This document shows, piece by piece, positions 54,038-64,000 of a DNA stretch of 64,000 nt (the first letter of the stretch is position 1; each line of letters opens with the position of its first letter). The notes beneath the pieces were generated by a model, which did no database searches, was not told where the DNA came from, and worked only from the letters and a program-made list of their open reading frames with translations. A program made the position numbers and the translations under genes. The stretch is from Octopus sinensis (Eukaryota): assembly GCF_006345805.1 (NCBI RefSeq), contig NC_043012.1, forward strand, positions 39,618,001 through 39,682,000, in the 5' to 3' direction.

Positions 54038-54546
54038 ATAACGTTTTGCGTGGCCCATCGTTTTGCAATTTGCGGGGAAGGGCCAAAACTTTGCATTATG
54101 TTCTCACTTTTCACAGCAATTAAATGTACAAAATGTTGAATCTTTTAAATTTCTATTTATGCCTTTCATAGATAGAAACAATGTTCCCGAAACAGTTGGA
54201 TTAGAATTTATCAGCCTTAATCCAAGGTCAAGGACGGTTTAGAGTTCAAAAAGACATTCTATTTATGAGCCGTAGGGACACCGTATTTCGTTATGCAAGC
54301 ATAATATACCACGCCTATTACCATTGTTCATTTTCGATCGCATTCTTGTCTACATCAGACGTCTCCGACACGAAAAGTCGTAACAAAAGTCTGAAGCAGC
54401 TATGATTTCTATAGAAGATCTACAGAGATAACCTTAAGAGGTAAAAAACATTTTGTACATTTAATTGCTGTGAAAAATGAGGACATAATGCAAGGTTTTG
54501 GCCCTTCCCCGCAAATTGCATAGCAAGGGGTCACACGAAACGTTAT
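54038..54546. mobile_element. Fold-back element with about 100-bp TIRs
   Basis: 54038-54137 is the reverse complement of 54447-54546 (core tgcaatttgcggggaagggccaaaac and tttcacagcaattaaatgtacaaaatgtt). No TSD found. Confidence 0.8.
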
Positions 54547-55332
54547 ATTCTTTACAGATAATCACTAAATATTTTCAGAACTTCATAGCATGTAGACTAA
54601 ACAGACAACTCGTAAATTAGGTCAGGCCCGAGAGAGTGAGGTTAGCAACTGGTTGGTAGAGTACCACACTGGATTTATTCCTCAATCGTTCCTCAATCTA
54701 GTCTCTCTGTTCCAATCACTACGCAATCGACCGCCACATATTGTTCCACTGTTTTCAATAGAATCATATCCTGCTGAACGGTGCATGGCGGGTAGGTGAG
54801 CTGCATACTCGATACCCTTGCTATAATCTAGTTTATTCCCTTCACCTTACTTTTTAATACTGCCAGATACATAAAAGGATTAACAATAGAACGAAAATGT
54901 TTCTTATTGACAATAATTACGGTTTCATTTTTGTATTCGATAAAATAACTATCAGGCAAGTAGTGGCTGTCCACAAAAGGTACCAAAGTCGCTTTCCAAT
55001 ACATATGTGTAGGCCAAGCTCTTGGTGTGTGTGTGTGTATGTGGAGTGTTTGCGGAAATTTGTGTACGGATGTATATATTTGTGTGTGTAGCAGATCAGC
55101 TTCCTATTTATCTATGAAATCCATTATCAATGAATCAATTCATGTTATCCGCCCCCTCTTTCTTTCCATGACTCTCCTCTCTTTCTCTCTCATTCTTCCC
55201 CCCTTTTTCCATCTTCTAATTCCTTTGTTACCCTTGTAATTCTGCCTCTCTCTTCTCTCACTCCATCTCCATGAACATAGTTATTAATATCTCACTCTTT
55301 CAAGATTAAACGCGCGCGCATAGATATATATA

Positions 55333-55415
<83 letters not shown>

Positions 55416-56039
55416 GATCACCAACCCTTTAGGTATCAGCCTTATGCTTATCGATCTTTCAATCAATTGATCTATCTGTGAATATATAAATACATCTATC
55501 TGTCTATCCACATATATTTCCATACAGTAGCCTATTTGGGAACACATTCTCATATTTCTCTGACTATGAAAGCACACACACACACACACACACACACAGA
55601 TATATATGTTCGTATGTATATGGATGAATGTATATCTCTATATGTGTTTGTTATATATAAATGTGTGTGTGTGCATGTTATATATGTATGTCTATAATCT
55701 GTATGCGTATGTACGTCTATCTGCCTGATTGTTCTAATTAAATATTTCACTTTCGTGATATACATCTATTATTCTATCAAATTTATCTATCAAACAATTG
55801 ATCTAGATGAATATTTATTTATCGATTAATGTATTTATATTCTATCTATCAATATACCGTTATATCTAGCTATATTGCTGTCCTTGAATTTATTTGTATA
55901 TCTATCAATGATTCTACCTTTCTGTTTATCAATGTAGCTGTGAATCAATCAATCTATCCATTTTTCGGTCTATCTATTATCTATCTGCTTATAAAATTTT
56001 CGAGAGATATAACTATATATATTATCGATCTGACATGAG

Positions 56040-56358
56040 TCTATCTACTAATCCATCTGTCTAAATATATATGCATCTACCCATGTTTCTATCTATCCAT
56101 CCGTTTATCCACTTATCTATTCGTCCATGTATCTATCTAGTCACCCATCCATGCATTCATCTGTTCATCCATCCGTTTGTTCTTCCATCTATCTCTTTAT
56201 GAATCCATTTATCCATCCATTTCACCTTCCATCTGCCCGTCCTCATCTATTTCTCCATCCGTCTATCAGCTCATCCAACCAGCTATCTATCCAGTCATTC
56301 ATCCCCTTTCACCTCTCTATCTGCCTATCTATCGATCTATCTATCTATCTATCTATCG

Positions 56359-56414
<56 letters not shown>

Positions 56415-56470
56415 GCCTATTTATCTGCTTATCTATCTATCTGCTTATGCATCTATCAATCTATCTATCA
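56040..56470. repeat. (TCCA)n grading into (TCTA)n tetranucleotide tract
   Basis: Directly visible. Confidence 0.9.
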
Positions 56471-58333
56471 AGAATAACTGAACGTTGACTGTTGGTGTAA
56501 TACTTTACTGACTAATATAGAGTTTAAAATATTGTGTAGTTGTTGACTGGAATTTCATTCCGCGTATAAACTTGTTCAAGCCTGTCTGTCTGTCTAACTT
56601 CACCGCCACCACCACCTCAGAGGTATATGTATAGTGCGTGTGTGTATGTGTCCCTGTAAATATGTGTGTATACGCATTTATGAAATATGTGTGAGTAAAA
56701 GAATGTTGAAGAACGAGTAAATCCGCGAATGATATGATGACGAAATCGAATGAATGTGATTGAATAAAGAAGAAAATGCATAGAAAAAAGAAAGAAAGAA
56801 AGAAAGAAAGAAAGAAACAGGAAGTTAGAAAACGAAATATTCTCGTTCAAATGGAAAAGAAAATTTTGTTTTCTTTCTCTCTTTCTTTCTTGATTTCTGT
56901 TTTTCTTTGCAGGGTGGGTTATCTGTAGTTTTTTTTTATATCTATTTATATTTGTCTGTTGTGGCTTAGTCTTTCCATGGAACCTTCATTAAAGTTGCAT
57001 AATAATAATAATAATAATGATAATAATAATGATACTAATAATGATACTAATAATGATAATAATAATAGTGTATAAAAACCAAACCAAGACAGTATGATTT
57101 AATTAACTTACATTCTTTACAAGCAAGAAATCCAATTGGAAATTGGAATTAAATAAAAAAAACAAAATGGAAAAGGAAGACCCAGAATGTGTGTCGATCT
57201 GTCTGTGCATCTTGTTCGTGTTGCTGTCTCAATAGTGTTGTTGTTTTAGTGCGGTTTCTACGTTTCTTTTTGTGTTTATTTGGTGTTTTGTATGTATTTC
57301 TTTTTGTTGTTGTTTAATTTTGTTCTTTTTTTTGGAGTACGGTGGGGTGAAGCAAGAGTAGACTATCTAACAAATGGTTTGAAGAACAAATTGGATTTTT
57401 TTTTTTTATTCCGAAATAAAGATCTTCATTGCAATAACGAAATGGCCGACATATTGCAATGACTTTAAGCTGTCAAAGCTAACCATTACTGACCGTTGGT
57501 TAAAATACACGTAAACAACGACAGCAATTCATTCCTACTTCCTTTTATAGTTGTTGTTGTTGTCTCTTCACTGTTACTACTCCTTTTTTTATACTTTGTC
57601 TCGTTTGTTATTGATTCTTTGATTTTCTGATCATGGTTTTTAAAGCTTATTTTACTTTTTTTACAATTTATTTCATTCATTTCAATTAAAATTTTTCGGT
57701 TTTATCATTATTGTTATTGTAGTTACGGCGGATTCCAAAAGTTGTAGTTTTTGTTGTTTGATGCGCGAGATTCTGTTTTTAGTCTCTCCAGTTTTTTAAA
57801 TCATTAAAATTAAATATTTCTACGTTCTTCTCCTTAACTTTCATTTTCTCTGCCCACATCTCTCTCTCTCTCTCTTCCTCTCTTTCTCTCATATATAAAT
57901 GTGTGTGTCCCTTTATCTCTCTCTCTCACTCGCTCTCACATATATATATATATTCAGTCACTCATAAAAAGTGGCAGCTATATATTCACTCATATCACCA
58001 TTATGATAACCATAATAATGGATTGTAATTTTCGAAGGAGAGGGGTAAGCCGATACAGTCAGCATCAGTACTTCGCTGGTATTTCATACTATCGACCCTG
58101 AAGGAATGTTAGGCAAAGAAGGCCGCCATGTGATATACAAACTCCAAAAGTAGAAAGTCGGAAGTTATACCACAAAGCATTTTATCCAACATAATCACGA
58201 TTCTACGCATCTGGCATAATAATAATGCATGTGCCTGGTACAACCTTATCAGACGGGTAGTCATGATGGGTATACAAGGTTTCGTATATTTTACTCCAGT
58301 GTCACTTGATGGCATGCGCTACTCTCTCACTCA

Positions 58334-58373
<40 letters not shown>

Positions 58374-58384
58374 TAATCATAGTG

Positions 58385-58791
58385 GTTTCAAATTTTGGCA
58401 CAAGGCCAGCTGTTTCGGAAGAGGGTGTAAGTCGATTACAAGGATCCCTGTGTTCAAGTGGTACGTATTTCATCGACCCCGAAAGGATGAAAAATAAAGA
58501 AAGTACTAGCGGCACATGAACTCAGAACGTAGTGTCAAAAGAAATGCCGCTAAGCATTTTGTGCGGAGCAGAAACAATTCAGCCCGGTCTCCACCTTAAC
58601 AAATAATAACAATAATCCTTTCTAATAGATGCACAAGGTCTGAAATTTTGGAGGGGGAGGATAGTCGATTACATCAACTCCACTGGTATTAAGCAAAATC
58701 GACCCCGGCGGCATTTGAACTCAGAACTAAGGACTGAAGAAATGTCGCAGCGTGCTAACGATTCTGCCAGCTTGCCGCCTTAATAATAATG

Positions 58792-58830
<39 letters not shown>

Positions 58831-59089
58831 TAATAATAATAATAATAATAATTGTATACCCGTGACGTCTACAATAATAATAATAATCTAGGTACAAGGC
58901 CAAAACTTTTTGGGGAGGGGGCCAGTCGATTAGATCGACCAAAGTACGCAACTGGTACTTAATTTATCGAACCTGAAAGGATGAAAGGCAAAGTCGACCT
59001 CGGTGGAATTTGAACTCAGAACGTAAAGACAGACGAAATGCCGCTAAGTATTTCGCCCGGCGTGCTAACGATTCTGCCAGCTTGCCGCC
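58385..59089 (-). mobile_element. Head-to-tail array of three SINE family B copies separated by (AAT)n
   Basis: Copies at about 58385-58598, 58615-58781 and 58888-59089; further fragments near 58020-58200 and 59450-59565. Confidence 0.85.
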
Positions 59090-59129
59090 ATGATGATGAT
59101 GATGATGGCAATTGTATACTGTATAACGT

Positions 59130-59430
59130 CTATAATGATAATAATCATCATCATTGTTTGACCGTGGTCGAGACAATGGAATTTACTATGTTACGCCAGA
59201 TTTCACGGTCCATCATAGCATTACGGAGGTCCTGTTGCTGGATGCCTGTATCCCTGGAGATTACATCAGGGTAGGAGAGTGTGCGCCCTCTGGTATTGCG
59301 AGTAGATGGCTTCCAGAGGAGAAGAGTAGAAATTACTTCTTTTTCAGCTCTACAACAATGTCCAGCAAACTGGACTCTCCTACCTTTCACAAGAGATGAC
59401 ACAGGTGGTAATTTCCCATATATTTGCATT
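59130..59430 (-). mobile_element. RTE-X-like LINE 3' end with (ATG)n tail
   Basis: ORF 59151-59429: YGKLPPVSSLVKGRRVQFAGHCCRAEKEVISTLLLWKP...RGRTLSYPDVISRDTG...AMMDREIWRNIV. Confidence 0.9.
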
Positions 59431-60624
59431 TTGGTAATAATAATAGTAATATAGGGACAAGGCCTGAAAATTTGGTGGCGGAAGTGTGGCTAGTTGATTA
59501 TATAGAGGCAGTACTTGACTGGTATTTTAGATTATCGATCCCTAAAAGGTAAAAAATGGTATTTGAATTTGTCAGGTAACGAGTCTGAAGAATCTAACGA
59601 CTATTCGTTTTCATAAGAGCAACAACAATAACAAATAATAATGATAATAATAAAAATAATTCCAAATACTTCTAAACTGTTGCTCTATATAAGCAGATGT
59701 AGTTATTGTAAACGTTTCTGAATTTTGTTCATCGACGCACAGACATATTGCTCAGCCATACCCACGTTCTAACATGCGAACGTTCACATATTCCTACACT
59801 TATACACGAATCGAATAGGAAAGGAACACAACAGAGATATGTATACACATATATTCCATGCATGCGTGCATGTATGCACGCGCATTAACACACTTCTCAG
59901 ATATTTTGCGAATGGAAAAATCACACACACAAGCTTAGATATCCAGTTTCACGTTCAAACACCACCGCCTCTCTCACCACACAGTAGCATAACCACCACC
60001 ATATTAAATATGCTACTCCATCGTCTACTCTGCAGCTACCTGAGGACCTAACACTACTTCTATCACAAACAACACCACTACCCACACCGCCAATTCTATC
60101 TCTCATACAAACTCTCAACCCTAACACTACCACCACCAGCATTACCGCTACTTGTACACCACCACAATTTCTTGGTCTCTAATCTAAGTCTGAAGAGCTA
60201 AAGTATAATCCGCGGCATTTAAAGAGAATACAAATCGCTTTTAGGGGGCTGCAGATTAATGGAATTCTCCTACAGCTAATCCTTCACTCGACCCACTCCT
60301 CATTACAGCATTAACTGATCTTTTGTAGTAACTGAAAATGCCGCATATACAAATATTCACATCCATACGGATACATATACGAACACGGTACGTCATGTGT
60401 GGATGTTATATTTGCATAGAGAGATAGATATTTCTCAAAATCTCTCTTGAGTTATATTTTATGGAAGAGAATCGAGTTGTTCTCGCTGTAATGTAGAATC
60501 ACTATGATAACATAATTTAATTAATCTATGTAACGATGAGCTCAAAATACATGTTGACATACAAATATTAATACTGAAATAGATTGCAATATTTTCCCTG
60601 TATCACACCGGAAAACCTGCTGAG

Positions 60625-60760
60625 TTTACGTTCTGAGTTCAAATACCAACATGGTAGTCTCGGCAATAAGATAGGAACCAGTTGAGCACTGGTGCCAATG
60701 TAATTGACTGAGCGCCTCTCCGCAAATTGTTAGCCATGGGCCAAAATATGAAATCCATAT
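60625..60760 (+). mobile_element. SINE family B fragment with internal deletion
   Basis: tttacgttctgagttcaaatacc...accagttgagcactggtgccaatgtaattgact. Confidence 0.55.
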
Positions 60761-61105
60761 TTTCCCCCATACAAAAGGGTTTCATCCAGCATCGTTTACT
60801 CATCAGCAAGTATAAAATGTCAAGTTGAACAATACTTGTGTTTGTATGAAGAGTGTGGTCTGTTCAAAGCTCCCAAACACACACACACACACGCACGTGT
60901 GTGTGTGTGTGTGTGTGTGTGGTGTTAGATGTGAAGCTAGGTAAATTATTCCAGGACACGGTTTCGTACGTTACGCTGATTAGTGCAACGTATGTGAACC
61001 TCCGATCACGTGTCACATATTGAGATTTACAGTTAAAGAAAAGTTTATATTCCTCTACACACACAAATTCACATTCATGTGTGTGTGCGTGTTTATAGTC
61101 TTATA

Positions 61106-61460
61106 CTCTTTTACTTGCTTCAGTCATTTGAATGTGGCCATGCTGGAGCACCACCTTTAGTCGAACAAATCGACCCCTGGACTTATTCTTTGTAAGCCTA
61201 GTTCTTACTCTATCGGTCTGTCTTGCCGAACCGCTAAGTTATGGGAACGTAAATACACCAACATCGGTTGTCAAACGATGGTGGGGGCAAAAACACTGAC
61301 ACACAAATACATATATATATATTTATACACACAACGGGATTCTTTCAGTTTCCGTCTACCGAATCCACTCACAAGCCTTTGGTCGGCCCAAGGCTAGAGT
61401 GGGAGACACTTGCCAAAGGTGTTACGCAGTGGGATTGAACCCATATGGTGGCTCCACTCC
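61106..61460 (-). mobile_element. SINE family A, near full length
   Basis: atgctggagcaccacctttagtcgaacaaatcgacc...gccgaaccgctaagtta...gaatccactcacaagcctttggtcggccc. Confidence 0.9.
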
Positions 61461-61739
61461 TTTTACTGTAAGAGAGATTTATTTTTTCTCTCCACAATAA
61501 CTGCAGTGAATTTGCCTTTAGAAGATGAAATATGTCAGAAACATATTTAAGCTAACCTAAAGTTCGCGTATGAATATACTCTACACACACACAAAGATAT
61601 GGGCTTTGCTCGTGTGTATAAACATGCGTATATGTAAGTATGTATGATCGATAGAGTATTTTGTAGGTAAATACGCATAGAGATATTATTTTGCTATATA
61701 GTTAAATAGAATGATAAATACGCTGAGATATACCAACGG

Positions 61740-61797
<58 letters not shown>

Positions 61798-62461
61798 GTT
61801 TTTCTTGACATGCCGTTCTCTCCACGTGAGCAAACTTATACATAAGTAGCTTAATCTAATGAAAGAACACAAATCTAAGAAATTAGGTATGAAGTATTCA
61901 GTGAGGCAGCGATAAAAAAAATTGCTTTTCTCCACTCTCGCTATTCTCTCTTTCTTTGCTCAAGTTCTATTTTTAAAGTGGCCCCTCATAGTTTTCTTTT
62001 GTTTTCTTTTCTTTTCTTTATCTGTTTTCTATGACCGAATGGATTTTTTTTTGTTTATTATTTCTTTTTTTTTATTTATCATTATTATTATTTCCGTTGT
62101 TGCGATATCGTGGTTGTGTTATCGATTTAAAGGTATCTGTTTTTCATCCGTTACTTTCACCACAAAGGTCGGCAAATAGTGGAGGAATGGGCAGACAGGG
62201 GGAATTTGAAGTAGGAAGTGGTGGGGAGGATATGGAAGAAGGACATGTGGATCGGACGGAGGGTGAAGCGTGTTGGTGGGAAGGAAGAAATAAGGGAAAG
62301 AAAATTCAAAAGTAAAAAAAGGTGGGAGAGAGAGATGAAGAAATACAAATATAATGGAACAGTGACAAAAATAAAATTAACTTCTTAAATAAGTGAGAAT
62401 GTGATTGAAACTGAATGGAATTATATATCTAAAAATATAAAAAGAAAGATTTGTGTGTGTG

Positions 62462-62515
<54 letters not shown>

Positions 62516-63479
62516 CACACACACATTCATGTATGTACACGTATATATATATATATATATAATATATATATATATATATGTATATATATGTATGTAAGTG
62601 TGTGTGTGTGTGTCTGTGTGTGTGATGTGCACACATTTAAAGAAGTTGAACGAAATGAATTTGACTGAAACAGAAAAATTGAGGAAAGAATATTTCAGGA
62701 AGGAATAGATGAATGACAGGAAGAAATGGCGAAGAAGGAATGATTGATGAATGAAGGAAGAATGCATGGTGGTGGTGGTGGGTGAAGGAAGAATGCATGG
62801 TGAAAAATGGAGGAATAAGCAATATGTTAAAAGGAATAAAGGAAAGAGGTGAGTGAATGAAAGCGGAATAGGATGTAGAAGGGGAGGGAGAAGCATCTAG
62901 AGAATATTGAGAGAGAGAGAGAGAGAGTGAGAGAGAGAGATTGATCATTAGGTAAGTCGTATGGGTCTATAGACATATGTGTATAAATGTGTGTGTATGT
63001 GTCCGTGTACACACCCAAACCCTCACATATGTATCTACCGTTTATATTATAGATGTATTGTAAAATTGTGAAGGTAGAAAGGGGAAAGTGTTGACAGAGA
63101 AAGATGGATAGGAATATGTGTGTGTGTATAAGAAAGAAAGTGAGAGAGGGGTGGGGTGGGGGGATCGGAACGTGTTTGACTGACATGATGGAATGGATTT
63201 GAAGTTTAATCGAAAAGAAAAATCGTGAAAAGAAAGAATTGCTTTCTTGAAAGGGAAGAAGTAAGAAAAATAGAGAAGGGATACAGAAGAAAACGTTGTA
63301 CACAAAATGGGAGACAAAGAAAAGAAATATTAGATATAGATGGTGGTACTTTGTTTGAAAAAGATATATTGAACGAAATCAGAACGAATGGAAAGAAGTT
63401 TGAAGAATGAAATGAGAAATAAAAAGAAAAAATGGAGGAAAAGGGAAGGAAAACGTTTATTACTTAACAGTTAACATTT

Positions 63480-63536
<57 letters not shown>

Positions 63537-63739
63537 GTGGAAATGTGGAAATGTAGAAAATACAAGAAATGAATAAGGTAAAAGAAAATAGATAAAAAAG
63601 AAGTAAAAAGTGTTTGTAAACCATCTGTAGCCAACTTAATTATTCTCGCAGCAATGGACGGCGTTAGAGTTTCTCCAAATCAATGAAATCCAGACTGCCG
63701 TATTGATACTTTGTGAGAAATAACTGATTTAGAAAGTAC

Positions 63740-63945
63740 AGCAGACGATAAGGAGCTATGGTGTAAGAGACGACAGGGAACATAGTATTGCAATAGCAGA
63801 TGAGAAGAAACTATGGGTAACCATAGCAGACGATAAGGAGATATAGCATGGCCAAGCAGACGACAATGAAGTGTGTGCAACAATGTCAGACGAGAAGAAG
63901 CTATGGCTAGCCGTAATAGACACTCAGGAGATATGACGTAGACAC
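63740..63945 (+). repeat. Degenerate 30-bp minisatellite (agcagacgagaagaagctatggctaaccat-like)
   Basis: Units start at 63795, 63825, 63855, 63885 and 63915, with looser units before and one at about 63976. Confidence 0.8.
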
Positions 63946-64000
63946 AACCACTAACAAGTGAGAATGTTTAATTATAGCAGACGATACAGTAATGTATGTA

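Overview
Repeat-saturated, AT-rich eukaryotic DNA with no recognisable intact protein-coding gene. The SINE families and very dense (TA)n/(CA)n/(GA)n/(AAT)n tracts suggest an octopus genome (inference, not database-checked); the window looks intronic or intergenic. Nearly all ORFs in the track are microsatellite translations. Supported content: about 25 tRNA-derived SINE copies in three families (my labels A, B, C), several MITEs with exact TIRs/TSDs, four mariner fragments, three RTE-clade LINE 3' fragments, decayed DIRS-like and BEL/Pao-like pieces, Helentron-type (HINE-like) elements, a Penelope-like tandem and several minisatellites. Best leads: (1) one mariner apparently split into complementary halves in circularly permuted order inside a locally triplicated block (30.8-33.6 kb), as expected from re-integration of a circular DNA; (2) a non-canonical tRNA-Asn-like Pol III unit at 5597-5667 whose acceptor stem extends to 19 bp; (3) several long fold-back structures, including a spacerless 465-bp SINE palindrome; (4) paralogous remnants of a possible small hydrophobic-peptide exon; (5) an acceptor-G-donor site that could be a 1-nt exon.
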